NCBI GenBank assembly: GCA_964252035.1
Contig: OZ176202.1
DNA from: Podarcis erhardii
Lineage: Eukaryota
DNA length: 64,000 nt
Direction: 5' to 3' (one strand)
A program made the translations under genes and the position numbers. The notes below the pieces were generated by a model. That model saw nothing but the letters and a program-made list of their open reading frames with translations, had not been told where the DNA came from and did not search any database. Position 1 is the stretch's first letter, and every line of letters begins with the position of its first letter. This document shows positions 25,469-38,149 of the stretch, piece by piece.

Positions 25469-26824
25469 TATTAAAATGCTCTTTCAGAGGTGAATTTGAC
25501 TCTCTTGCAATGCAATTCTGTTCATCGCTCTTCAAAAGTTCAGTGTGACTAAGACCTGGGGAGTGTACATAGGATTGTAGCCTTAGTCTGAATATCCATT
25601 TTTCCCCAGGTGCAATGCTATGAGCTCATGAGTCTTTGGGAGCTAAAGAATATAAGAAGGCCACAGAAGGCAAACCTGTGATTAGATTTACATTATACAA
25701 CAGGCTCTCAGACATACACTTAAGCTCTCAAACAATCTTCACAGATGCATTGGCTTTTTCATACATGCTATTTATCGGCTTCCAGTTCTTGTCCCCCTGT
25801 GGCGTTTCTAATCCATAGCAAGCCCTCAAGCATAGACTGGGTATCATTTGCAACAGGATGAGGTTTTCTAAGGAAGATCTTCCTTAGGCGACTCCCCTCC
25901 CTGCAACTTTTATTTGGTTTGTATAAAACAGGCTCATGTCCCTTTTTATATATAGTTAGCTAGATCAAAGGGTTCTTGGGTCTGCCTGAAACTATGACTA
26001 ATTATTGACTGTAATACTGGTTCAAGGGAGAATCCATTTCCCTTCATTAGGAGCATGTGGCTGCATAGGTTTGAAAATTGCCTGTGCGCACTTTCATTTT
26101 TAAGTCTTTTGCTTTTCAGTAAAGCAACAAGCTCGGAGCTGAAAATGTGCAGAGTACACAAGACAGAGCTCAATACAGCAGAATCAGCATGGCTGGGTAT
26201 TTTTTCTTTTTTATCTTTTTAAAGAATGGGGCTTCATGGTCAATCTTTTAGAGAGCAGCTTGTTACCGATGGACAAAGGGCCCCAATGTAATTTGCTCCT
26301 GGCTGCCTGCCTGCTGGCAAGGGCTGGGCTAGAGCACTTGGAAGGGAGATCAAGCACAGGGATATTGGAGCATATAATAGCTTATATGGTTGGCTGCTTT
26401 GGGAGAGAAAATCTAGCTATTGGTTCCTGAGATTTGGTTAGTAGGGCTTAACGTGGCCTCAGCTGATCTTGCATGTCACATAGCAGCAAAGACCACATTC
26501 TTAGAAAGAGAGACCTGTTCAATTCAGTGTGGCTCGTAGAAAACAGAAGAGGGCTCAGGAAATGAAATTAAACCAGACAAGTGAAACCTGCAACAAAGTG
26601 TTGGAGTCTATCTGCCCTCCTAAAAGGGAGGCTTCTGTACAGGATTCCGGCCAGCCATATCCTCCAAGCAGGGCATTTCAGGCTCCTCCTTCCTCTTCCT
26701 CTTTCTTTTCCAACGATTGCTCCACATTCTGCAGCTCCTTAGTGCATGCACAGTCTTCATTGGCCAGACTTACCTCTCTTGACAATGCCAGCTCCTCCCA
26801 AAGAGCTGGCCTATGTGGTGCCAA

Positions 26825-27005
26825 AAGGGGAGCGTGTTGGGTGCGGCTGAAATACCAGATGTTCGATACCACAGCTGCAGAGAGGCCTGTTACACTCATG
26901 TTCCGCTTATGGCTTCCCACAAGCATCTGGTTGGTCACTGTGAGAACAGGATGTTGGACTGGATGGGCCACTGGCCTGATCCAGCAAGCTGTTCTTAAGT
27001 TCTTA
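26825..27005 (+). mobile_element. CR1/L3-type 3' end
   Basis: gagaacaggatgttggactggatgggccactggcctgatccagcaagctgttcttaagttctta. Confidence 0.75.
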
Positions 27006-27257
27006 AAGAATCCTAAACCCTCCCGGTCCTCTTGCACATCCCTAAAAGAAAAAAAATCAGAAGAAAAATTGAGATATTTTTGCCTTGCAATCGGTTGGAC
27101 CAGCTGACTCATTGGGTCCCTTCCAATTTTACTCTTCCATGAGTGCTAAACCTCTCCCTCCCCTTTGCCTTCTGTTGTTTTCAGTGGAAATAGGATGGAG
27201 GGGAATTGAGACCAGAAATGGACAGAAGAACACCACCCTTGGTTCTGCTTTACCAGT

Positions 27258-27655
27258 GGGGATGGGCAAATATGTTAATTTTTGTTTCTCTCTGTGTCTA
27301 ATTTTTCCAGTCATAGTTCTGCACATTTCTACATCAGTTTTTTTTTAAAGTTTTTTTTTTTAAAGTCATCTAAAAATTCATCAGCTTTTTGCTGCTTATT
27401 TCTCTTACTATGCACATTTTTATATGCAGTTTTGCCAAATACACAAATACACAATGGATCTTGTATGTCATTTTTACTAATATGTGTACTATAGTGTATG
27501 CATTTTTGTGCAAATTAGTGGGTAACTGCTTTGAAAAATTCAGATCAGTGCTAATTTCAAAGCATAGCTGTGTTTGGGTTCACATACAGTTTCAGAAAGT
27601 GTAGAATTGGTAAGCTAGCCTTTAAATGCAATCTGAATTGATTTCCCCCCACCCT
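27258..27655 (-). mobile_element. AT-rich non-autonomous DNA transposon with (T)AGGGATGGG-type ends (hAT/Ac-like), inverted copy
   Basis: Ends ggggatgggcaaat and tttccccccaccct. The interior is the reverse complement of 48069-48472 (shared tgcagttc, aaaatgca, gaaatttgca motifs). Confidence 0.65.
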
Positions 27656-28430
27656 TGCCCGCCAGTGAGAGCCCAGCAGGCAGCACCTTTATAATCTCTC
27701 CCCCTCTCACTTCCAACACTTCAGGGATTGTAGCTTTAGGCTTTTAAAACCATTTTTATACTTATGTTGTACCTCTGTTGTGACTACAATTCTGGTAGTA
27801 CTCATCACTTATGTTCACTATTGGAATAAGTGCTAAGCAACATTTCCTAATATTTAATAATGCAGGTGTAGGGCCCATGGTGCTCATATCTGTTGCCTGA
27901 CAGTGTTGAGTGTTTTAGGACAGTGTCAGAGACTTTTCTTTTTCACTTTGCTTTACATAGGAACCTTTATGATTCCTTCCATGTTAAAACATTTTATGAA
28001 TGGTGTAGCTTTTTTAAATATTGCAATTCATACTGAGTTTCCTTGGCAAAGCAATTGCTGAATGTCACAAGAGAAAAAGACTAAAAGTGCCAATAGTTAG
28101 ATTGTTAGTCTCCGCCTCCATCTTGGTTTTAAGCTCTTCTAATTAATGGTGTCATTTGTAAGAACAGAGGATTCAAATTCAAAAATGGATATTTGAAAAT
28201 AAGTTGTAATACCAACCCGGGTTTATTTGAGAATGAATGTAGGGGGAGATATTGCATCTTCTGAGAAAGCTGGAATCTATCAATATCAGGGTCACTGGAA
28301 GCAACAAAATAATTTCTAAAATAGTTATGCATAGAACGTGGAGATAGTTATACTATGTGTTTTGTTGCTGTTGTCTTTAAGTGTTGCCATCCACCCCAAA
28401 TTGAAAATATCCATTCCACCCAAACTTTAA

Positions 28431-28445
28431 TAGTAGTAGTAGTAA

Positions 28446-28515
<70 letters not shown>
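28431..28515. repeat. Compound (AGT)n-(AAT)n microsatellite
   Basis: Direct read; the AAT part is the L2 tail. Confidence 0.95.
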
Positions 28516-28611
28516 TTATACCCCACCCACTCTGGGCGGCTTCCAACAAAAGATTAAAAATACATTAAAACATCAGTCATTAAAAACTTCCCTAAACAGG
28601 GCTGCCTTCAG
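28481..28611 (-). mobile_element. L2-type 3' end with (AAT)n tail
   Basis: Reverse complement reads aaggcagccctgtttagggaagtttttaat...ttggaagccgcccagagtgggtggggtataaattattatt; same family as 51951-52113. Confidence 0.75.
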
Positions 28612-31366
28612 TTTCATCTGTTGCTTCTTGATAATGAGTTACTACAAGCAGACTAAGAAGTGTCATATTTGGAGTCTCCACCATCCCCCTGACTGCAATG
28701 CTTGCACAACACTGTTATCTGACTGTGATCTGGATTGCATGACCGGTGCAGCTGAAACACAGACTATTCAGCCTTGCAATGAGGTGTGGAAAGGGGATTG
28801 GACCAAGAGGTCTTTGGATTCCTTCCAATTTCACCTCCCTGCTTTGTGCATTTTAATAATGGAATATCAAATGCACACATACTTACGCAGATGTAAATAT
28901 AAAATCAAAATGAAAAACTCAAAGCAGTTCCACACATTGCACAGGAAAAACTTTCTCCTCCAATATTATCTGAACAGAAACTGTGAAACACTAAAGACCT
29001 TTAGTTCTAATGCCAAAAAATATGCCGTAAGAAAACATGCTGTCAAAAATGAAGAAACAAACAAGCAGATCATTTCTCTTTGCATCCAAAAGTGCCAGAA
29101 TTCACCCCCAGTTTCAGATGAGCTGCAAGGCACCAGAGATTGAAGTGGAGCTACACACACTAAATTCTTGTGTTGGATTGCAGTTGCAGTGTTTGGTTCA
29201 AGAGAAACTTAGTCGCATTTTCAAAGCAGCATCTCACGTACTTGCTTTGATGATGGCAACAGTGATGGCAATTCATACATAAAAGTTATTTCTTAATCTT
29301 ATTGGTGATGTTCACAGTAGCAAAAGGAGCTGCTGTGTGTGTGTGTTTGGTGACCCTTTTAAACACTTAACTGCTGACTGGAAAGCAGAGATGGTGAAAT
29401 GGGCCCCAATCACAATTTTTTTTGTTCATTAAAAACAACAGCATTGATTTTCCCAGGTCACAGCCAGGCCATTTCATGCAGCAAATCTGTGTTGAAAGGG
29501 ATCCGAGTAATCATTTTTTACACGCTTGACTACCACGTGCTGGCACTGAGCTTTCGACCGCATGAATATAGGAATGATTTAATAGAGGAAGTAGCAGTGG
29601 GCTATTGTGCATGTTGAAGGCTCTGTGGAACATGCATGATTGAGTTGGACACCATTAGACTACTTGTAAATAAAACCTGCTAACTTGGCTGGCTAGGAAT
29701 TCGCTTACAGGAACACAATTGCCACTAGCTTGTCTGGACCTTACCCCTTCTCTTTCAGGAAAGCTGGGAAAGGGACTGAGCTAATTCATTTTTTTTAAAG
29801 GCATGCCTTGGACAATAACCAGCTCAGAATCATCTCCATACACAATAGCATTAGACAACTGGCATAGCAATAGTGTGTTGAAATCCAGCCCCAGTGAAGA
29901 TAAGCATGGGGGTGAGGAGGCGTGTTGCTATTCAATGGCTGGCTAGAGATGTGTAGCTGTTGGACACTGTCTGCTGTGACCTACATCTTCTCTGGGACTT
30001 CTCCCAAATTACTTGTCAATCTGCCATGCTCAATGAGGGACTGCCTCCTGACATTGCACCAGTAGTGCTCATTTACAGACTCTAAATGATCTGCCTCAAA
30101 ACTAATGAAGCTAGGTCAGGGAACACAGGGCGGTTGTGGAAGAGGTTGTGGGTGATGGCGGAAAGCATTGCTTGCTACAATTAAACAACTGATAAAATAA
30201 TGGCAGATAAAAATGTGGGTTTTTTAATGGAGATTTTACTCAGTTTCCCCCATGTGAAATGATGTTCAGTGCTGCCTCCCTAGTCTCAAATAATGCATTT
30301 ATGTCACACTGAATACATGAACAATAAAAGAATTGTCCACATTATTGGTCAGTCTAGGAGGAAATAGTCATATTGTAAAAGTTTTATTTCATGAGATACT
30401 CCAGCCGTCCCTAACAGGGATGCTACTATCCTGCTTGCAGATGCAAACCTGGAGTTCATTGGAGTCTGATAACAGAATAGAGAGCAAGTAAAAAATAACA
30501 GAAAATGGTCAACACATAAAAATACTTTCCACACTCTTGTATCTATCTGATCATAGCCTTTTATCCTCTTTCTTTGTCTCCATCCCACTTTGGGTGTCTC
30601 TTTCCAATTGGCTCTCCAGATCTTTGCTGTTTGGTGATAAACTCACACCCAGTTACTTGTCTTGCTGTTCCATTCTGATCAGCAAATCTGGACCCCTAAC
30701 ACAGTACACCGTGTCCCACCCTTAGATTCCTCATTTAGACATTTGCCACACTGTTCTTACAAAAAACAAAACAAAACACCCTTCTGTGCATCAACTTTCT
30801 ATTTAAAACTCTTGCCCAAGCATGTTCCTATATGCCCTGGTTTGCACCTCATGTTGTAAATTCTTATCTGCTTTTAGCTATCATATGCCATTTGTCTCAC
30901 GATTCCATGGGTCCGTATCTTGAGTCCCCTTGATTAATTAGAAAATGACTTGCTATCCATATAAATATATGTATGGGAATATGGCCATGTTATTCTAATC
31001 TTACACTTTTCACCAATTCCTTATGATTATCACATTTATTCATTGGCTGTTGCTATCCTGTCTGCCCCTACAAGGACTTCAACTATCAGCCATGATACCA
31101 AGCTCAAATCAAGGTCAGCACCCAGATATTCTTATTCATGTAGCAGGGCTTTAAATGCTGTACCATAACCTGTTGCAATATGATTCTGACTCTTTCAGGG
31201 TAGAATCAAATTACTCCACTCCCCTTTTATGAGGGAAGGTTTGGGACCAATTCATGACTATGGTTGTTGACAGTTACCTTCACCCATAGAAAAAGGCATC
31301 AGGATGGGTCATAAGGTAGAAATACTAGAAAACAGAATGAAAGATGGATGTTTGTTTTTTATGAGA

Positions 31367-31588
31367 CACATAAGAAGAGCCTGCTGGATCAGGCCAATGG
31401 CCCATCTATTTCAGCATCCTGTTCAGATGCCTATGGGAATCCTACAAGCAGAACTTGGGTGCAACAGCGCTCTCCCCTCTTGTCATTCCTAGTGACTGGA
31501 ATTCAAAGGCACGCTGCCTCTACCAGTGGATTGGAACCATTGATAGTCCTGTTCACCATTAATATACCTTTTAATCATTTTTAAAAGA
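31367..31588 (-). mobile_element. CR1/L3-type 3' end
   Basis: cataagaagagcctgctggatcaggccaatggcccatct...cagcatcctgttc is the reverse complement of the reptilian CR1 3' UTR. Confidence 0.75.
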
Positions 31589-31667
31589 AGTACTTCCTTT
31601 TGTGTGTTCTTAGTAGTTCAGTGTTGGATGACTCCAAGTATTATAAGAAAGGGAGAAAAAACTTCTA

Positions 31668-31893
31668 CAGTGGTAGCTCTGGTTACAAACTTAATTCGTT
31701 CCGGAGGTCTGTTCTTAACCTGAAACCATTCTTAACCTCAGGTACCACTTTAGCTAATGGGGCCTCTCACTGCCGCCGCACCACCACTGCATAAATTCTG
31801 TTCTCATCCTGAGGTAAAGTTCTTAACCCAAGGTACTACTTCCAGGTTAGTGGAGTCTGTAACCTGAAGTGTTTGTAACCCGAGGTACCACTG
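31668..31893 (+). mobile_element. Tc1/mariner-pogo type MITE, family A copy 1 (226 bp)
   Basis: TA|CAGTGGTAGCTCTGGTTAC ... GTAACCCGAGGTACCACTG|TA; TA TSD; internal sequence shared with the other three copies. Confidence 0.88.
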
Positions 31894-33952
31894 TATCTAC
31901 TTTCAACTTACCATGCATAATCTTATACAACGTGGTTGCATATCCAACCCCTTCCTTGTCTTTTTATTGTAACTTTTTGTTGTGGTCATGTAGTTTGCAC
32001 CCTATAGCTGAGCCATAGCTGTGGCATTACCCCTGTGGGGTAACTGAATATTATCACATATTGTCCATTGTTGTTTTAAAGTTGCCCATGTTTCTTGTCT
32101 TGCTAGACTTTTCACAACCAATGCATCTGAACCTTAAAAAATAAATTACTTGATCCTCTCGGAAACAGGTGCAATGCATGCTGTTCTTAACAGCATGATA
32201 AAATAAAATTGTCCTTCTGAGATTGGCAGTTGATTCAGTTAGAGTGTATAAAGAGGGATTCACTCATTTTCAGTTCGCAAAAGAAATAGAGATATAAGGG
32301 TGAGTTTTGCTGGGAAGCGCATATGTGTATAGATAGACAGACAGATGGACAATAACCTTGCCAAAACTCCCATTGCTCTCTGCTTGCTGTAGAGCAGATG
32401 TCCACTGTGTGTTTTATATAGATATAGAAGCATATTTGGTTCATGCTCAGCACTATAGAGTATGTGCATTTGCTGTTTGAACCAGTTAAGTCTTTCCTTT
32501 CTGTGGTATCATGAAACCTTGGTGGCACTCACCATAAAACACTACTGTATAGATATATTTTCTTACACAACCCATCTCAAGTGAAATCAGATAAACCACA
32601 GAGATTAAATAGAGGGACTCTGGGACAGCAGGAATTCCTCTTAAGTCACTCTATACCTTCTGTATCCAGACTAATAACCAGCTCATTAATCAATGCCTAT
32701 TTAAAATAGATTGTTTCAAATCACCTTCTCTGCAAGTAAGAGAGAATTGTTTCTCTGCTTGTTGTTCTACAGGTAGGAGAGGAATGCTTTTTCTCATTTC
32801 CCCTCACACTGTTGTTCATTGTTTACAGCAACATGAATGAGCAGTTGCAAATGTAGTTCAAAATGTGAGGATCCAAATAACACAAAAACAGGATTCGGGT
32901 CAGTCAAGCTCACAGAGGCAAAATACTGGATCTTTAGCAGGAGGTGAAATATGAATCTGTTTCCAGAAGAGGAGATAATAGAAATGGGTGGATCTTTTGT
33001 GAGGAGAAGTGGGTTGGACCTGTTCCCCTCCACCTGTCTTAGCTAGCCATCTTCCTATTCTTCCCTTCCTGAGAAAAACCTTCATGTCATTCTAAGGCTA
33101 GCAGTTCCTGAGTGTATTGGACAAAATGATCAATAGGAAAAACAAAAGTCCCCTGATACGAGCAGAAACATTTAAAAAGCAGTAGCAAAGTGAATTCTAG
33201 CCTTATCTGCAGGTGGGATCATGTGGAGATTCGTATGGTGGACAATATTGTGAAAAGGTGTTGTCTTCTTGTTTGGTAAACGCAGTGAAAAATGCTTTTT
33301 TTTTTTTAAAAAGGAACAATCTGTCAAAAGATTATAGTTCTCTTTCTGCTAGTGGTTTATGACTGTAAGTCAGTCTGAGATGCCACAAGAGTGGTTCTAG
33401 TGCACCATGAGTGGTGCTAGGTTAAACATGTCTAGGTCTGTATGGCTTTATGGGGAGAGATGGGGTCTGCACCTGCTAGGCTTGCTTCCCTTTCAGCTCT
33501 GCCCACCCATGATTGGCTCAAGACATTTTGCTACCTGAGGCACTTCCTCACCTCCCTTCTGTCCCATTGTGTCTCTTTGTGAGAATCATGTATATTCTGA
33601 AGATTTGTTCACTCTTAATTATCAGACCCAGTTCCTGAGCTGTTGAGAGTGGGGCAAGGTAAAGGCAAGCAGCTCATTGCTCAGACCAGAGAAGGATCCC
33701 GACTGGATGCTAAGTGAGATTATGCTGTGCTAAACAACACTAGAATTTTGCAAGAAATAAATTTAGTGATACATTACAGATATGTCAGCACTTGTGGACT
33801 GCAGTATTATTGTGTATTTGATGGTAATGTTCAGAGCAAATAGGCAGCTTTCCTCAGTCTTGTTTCCTTGCATGTTGTAAACTCTTGTTTGAAGAGAAGA
33901 ATGAGAGTTTTGTCCTTTGATAACAAAACCTTATAACTGTGACCTTGCTTAG

Positions 33953-34152
33953 GTTCTCAGAGACGGAGACTCATCCCAGCTTTATCGCTTGACACAACAT
34001 CTCCTATAAGGAAACCTACCAGCCCAGCAGTACGCTGGGTAGATGGACCTCTGAGAAGTTCCCAGAGAGGAATGGGGGAGCCCTTTGAGATCAAAGTCTA
34101 TGAGATTGATGATGTGGAGCGGCTCCAACGACGGCGCATGGGGGACAACAAT
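33953..34152 (+). CDS. KIF26B: KIF26B coding exon (about exon 13)
   Basis: ccttgcttag|GT TCT CAG ... AAC AAT|gtgagg. 200 bp (2+198) encodes (G)[66 protein letters not shown]. Phase 1 in, phase 0 out, consistent with the flanking exons. Not present in the ORF track. Confidence 0.96.
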
Positions 34153-35589
34153 GTGAGGCATTCCTAATTTATTTCTGATCTTTAACTCTGAAGATTGATT
34201 CAATCTTACTATAACTTGTTCATCATATATGTGGGTTTCTGTCCAGCAATTCCCTTGGGGCGGGGGTGGTGGTGGTTGAAGCAAATGAATAAACCCAACA
34301 GAATAGACAGAAATGTAATTATCACAGAGATGGAATGCCTGGCCAAATTCACAACTCCAAAAGAGAATCTATACAAGAATCCAATAATTCTGGCATTTGC
34401 ACAGCAACTACAATCCAAGATGAAATTTGAGGTCCCCAAACCACATATCCATGTCTACTTCTGTACACAGAGAGCTTCCTCATGCTCCAGTTCTCTTCAT
34501 CAGAGCAAATAGCCCCATGTGCAGATTCATATATGCATACAGCTGTGACTCCCACTGAAGAGAATTGAATACCTTTGCAGAGAGGAGAGCTCTGCACAAA
34601 GGTATGCATGAGAAGTCTCTGGTCTGAGAACTGTGAATGTCCCAGGCAATTCAAACCATTGAAGAGATGGCCAGCATCAAATGTTCATCAGCCCACAAAT
34701 AGCATGGCCACTGGCCAATGATGATGGAACTGAGTACAAGAACATCTGGAGGGCAGCACATTGGCTATTCCTGCTCTACAGGCAGTTTATATATATAAAA
34801 AATTGTGGATCTTGCAGCAAGATCTCTTACCTTGTAGTACAGCATTTACTCAATAGGTGCATTCAGAAGTAAGAGGTTTCACAGCAGAAGTAAACCTTTT
34901 GTTGACTCATGGATGGTCCCAACCCCACATCTAAGATAATAGGATTATGAAAGCAGATACTTACAAGGAGGATTGGTCAGCAGGAGGAAAAGGTACATAA
35001 GGCATCTCTATTGTTGCCTTGCGTAAACACCCTCACCTCTCCCTGGGCTGTTTTCTCCCCGATCAGTTCATTTCTGGTTTTAAATACCAGCCATGACAAA
35101 ACACTGATCAGGTGGTATGTTTGCAAGGAAGAAGAGGTGATGTTTGATTGGCTGAGTACATTTGTCATACCCACTGAATATTCCTACAAATGCCTATATT
35201 ACTTCTGTGAAAGAAATAAGGAGTTAGGAAATTATAACTTCTAGCTCAGCCCCTCTGAGTTGTAGCCTCAAAGTTGAGTTTTTCCACTTTTCCGAAAGCA
35301 ATCATCTTTTTGCAGTGACATAACAACCAGAGCATCTAATGAAATGTATTGCGGAGTACAATGTATTTGAATAATATATTTTTACAAGTCATCTGCCGTT
35401 GAAAAGACCACAATAACCAATGAACCCTTCATTGTCAAAGGCCTATTTCTTTAATTTTTTGCTTCATTTCCTGAGTTTCTGTGATTGTTGCTACCAAATT
35501 AAGGTTAATTTGGCTGAGGAAGATCTAATCTGGCCTTTATTTCACACACCCCTCCCTTGACTCTCCCCTTCATATATCTTATTGAGCAG

Positions 35590-35740
35590 GAGGTGATTTG
35601 CTTCAACGCTAAACTGAAAATCTTGGAGCACCGGCAGCAGCGAATTGCAGAGGTCAAGGCCAAGTACGAGTGGTTAATGAGGGAGCTGGAAGTGACCAAA
35701 CAGTACCTGATGCTGGATCCTAATAAATGGCTCAGTGAAT
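35590..35740 (+). CDS. KIF26B: KIF26B coding exon (about exon 14); C-terminal coiled coil
   Basis: gagcag|GAG GTG ... AGT GAA T|gtaagg. 151 bp encodes [50 protein letters not shown] plus one nucleotide. Confidence 0.96.
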
Positions 35741-36802
35741 GTAAGGTTTTACTGCCTATAGTTGGTTTATTTTATTGACACAAAACTTTACTGGTGCTGT
35801 AGCTAAGTCATGAACTACTATGTTTATAAGCAAAGCCTGTGCTGATGTTTGACCTGGAGCAGATTTGGATGGACTGCATTTCTAAAACTGTTCCTGCATA
35901 ATTCCTATTAAACTGTGACATTGGAACCAAGTGGGCCTATTTGCTCAAGAGTCAAAGCCAGGAATTATGCAGCATTCTAGTGAGGAATATTGCCATCACT
36001 AGATTAACGCTTATGCGTCTCACTCCAGAGCTTCTGAAAATGAGATTTCCCTCCCCACCCCCCTTTGCCCTCAGATCACTCAGACATATGAATTATATTT
36101 TAAATCTGCTCTCCTGCTGTGAAATAATACTTTCAGGCAAATTTGGTTGAAATGACTTATGAAGACATTAATTTGTTTTTTCCCCCTTTTACATATAGCT
36201 AGAAAAGGATAGAGTTCATACAGCTCATTCATAAAGAGATTAAAGAATCCCATATTCAAATTAGGAAGGATTCTTCTAAAGAAGCAAACAAAATGTATAA
36301 AATATACAGCCAAAGCTGGCTAAATTAATAGGTGAGGGTACCTCAACTATAAAGGAAAAGTATTTTGCTGCTAGCTACTTAGAGCAGAGAATAACACTAA
36401 GGATAGGACTTTGGGCACCTGAAAAAGAAGGCTCTAATCCACAAAAGCACGTGTTGCAGCCAACCTGTTACTGCGCAATCCTAAAGTGGTGGTGAGCTCC
36501 CATGGTTGAGAAAATACTATTTGACATCAGTAGGAAGGAAAATCTCTATGCCAGCTCCAGGGCTGGTGTAGTTTCTGCCCTTCGGGGTGAGGGTCAATGT
36601 GCCCTACCACTAACAATGCACCACTGACAGGACAGAGCTTCCTGTGGATGTACCAGGCACTCCACCATCCCACTGATGGAGGCCCTCTTTGCCACATCTC
36701 TTATGATGTGGCTTTAGGATTGTGGCCTTAAGTCTCTTATGTACTATGAAAGGTCCATAAAATATTTACTTTTTATCATGTGGTGCAGGGAACTTCATAT
36801 TA

Positions 36803-37045
36803 CAGTGGTACCTTGGGTTAAGTACTTAATTCGTTCTGGAGGTCCTGTTCTTAACATGAAACTGTTGTTAACCTGAAGCACCACTTTAGCTAATGGGGCC
36901 TCCTGCTGCCGCCGCACCGCCGGAGCACAATTTCTGTTCTCATCCTGAAGCAAAGTTCTTAACCCGAGGTACTATTTCTGGGTTAGCAGAGTCTGTAACC
37001 TGAAGTGTATGTAACCTGAAGCGTATGTAACCCGAGGTACCACTG
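36803..37045 (+). mobile_element. MITE family A copy 2 (243 bp), in the last KIF26B intron
   Basis: TA|CAGTGGTACCTTGGGTTAA ... GTAACCCGAGGTACCACTG|TA. Confidence 0.9.
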
Positions 37046-37371
37046 TACTTGTTATGAGCATTTTCAGCAGAGTCTGTTCATAAGTTCACTTGCCTTTCTG
37101 CATGCAGATGGTGACTTCTGAACTCAGGAGCATTGTATGAGGACAGCTAAAACAAATCTAACAATGTTCTTCCACTGAGGCCTGCTATAGAACCTACCTG
37201 TCATAGCATTGCCTGTTTCTTGCACAAACTCTTTCCTTTCACAGTTCTTTGAATCCAGTCCCTTGAGTAATATACACACCTGTGTGAATGAGCCCTTAAA
37301 GATAACAGCGATGTTGGGCTTGCGCTACCAATTTGGGTAATGTGCTGGGCCTTTTGCTTCCTTTCCCACAG

Positions 37372-37520
37372 TTGATCTGGAGCAAGTATTTGACTTGGAT
37401 TCCCTGGAGTACTTGGAGGCTCTCGAGTGCGTGACTGAGCGACTAGAGAACCGTGTCAACTATTGCAAGGCCCACCTCATGATGATCACCTGCTTTGACA
37501 TCACTTCTGGGCGTCGGTGA
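37372..37520 (+). CDS. KIF26B: KIF26B terminal coding exon (about exon 15) to stop codon
   Basis: ctttcccacag|TT GAT CTG encodes (F)[48 protein letters not shown], stop TGA at 37518-37520. Phase matches the previous exon. Confidence 0.97.
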
Positions 37521-37687
37521 AGAATTAACCTCGAGAACATTTTGGACTACTGCCACTCCCCTTTCTCCCTTTTGAACAGCACCCCAAAGACCTAGAATGA
37601 GGATGAAGGTTGGTGTCATGTTTTGATTGTGTGTGGAAGAGATTTCCCCCCTCTTATTATGCTGAAGAGTGGTGCATACATTGACTA

Positions 37688-37713
37688 GATGATGATGATG
37701 ATGATGATGATGA
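37688..37713. repeat. (GAT)8 microsatellite in the KIF26B 3' UTR
   Basis: Direct read. Confidence 0.92.
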
Positions 37714-38143
37714 AAAGCAAAGACGCTGAGAAATAAGGATGTGGAATCTCCTAGCCTGAAAGAGCACTTTGAGAAATCTTTAAGGGCATGTTTGTAAATA
37801 GGAACTGCTGGCAGAAGTGACTTTATCCCTCAACAATAGCTGTAGAGGGAGGAAGAGCAGATGTGGGACTGACTGCTGCTGAGAGCACCATTGAAGTAAA
37901 AATACACAGGAAGACTGTCTTAAGTGCCTTGCAAATCTTTATTATCCAAACATTTATGTTCATACTTTCTTGTGTACAGATGGTGCTAGTCAAGAAAAAG
38001 AAAAAGACAAAAAATCAAAACACATTTTCTGAAATGTATTTACAGCCTGTTTTCCCCTCCCTCGGTGTTTTATCCTATTTCTGACTTGCTGTTTCTACGT
38101 AACTTGTGTTTGTAGAGATATTTCTTAACCGATACAGCATATA

Positions 38144-38149
38144 AATAAA
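38144..38149 (+). terminator. Candidate KIF26B polyadenylation signal AATAAA
   Basis: Canonical hexamer about 620 nt after the stop, followed by gttaactgtcatttattgtt. A variant ATTAAA lies near 38208. Confidence 0.55.

Noticed and set aside
26529-27112. 192-aa (+) and 144-aa (-) ORFs
   Set aside because: They run through a CR1 3' UTR and simple sequence; not protein-like.
28355-29143. 262-aa ORF with poly-Val/poly-Ile
   Set aside because: The runs come from the (AGT)n(AAT)n microsatellite and L2 tail; the rest has no recognisable domain.
33959-33960. Alternative AG 8 nt into the exon starting at 33953
   Set aside because: Its use would shift the frame; the upstream AG restores the conserved GSQRRRL.
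36803-37045. Repeated ~16-bp units resembling a CRISPR-like array
   Set aside because: Sub-terminal repeats of a TA-flanked MITE; no unique spacers, and the context is eukaryotic.
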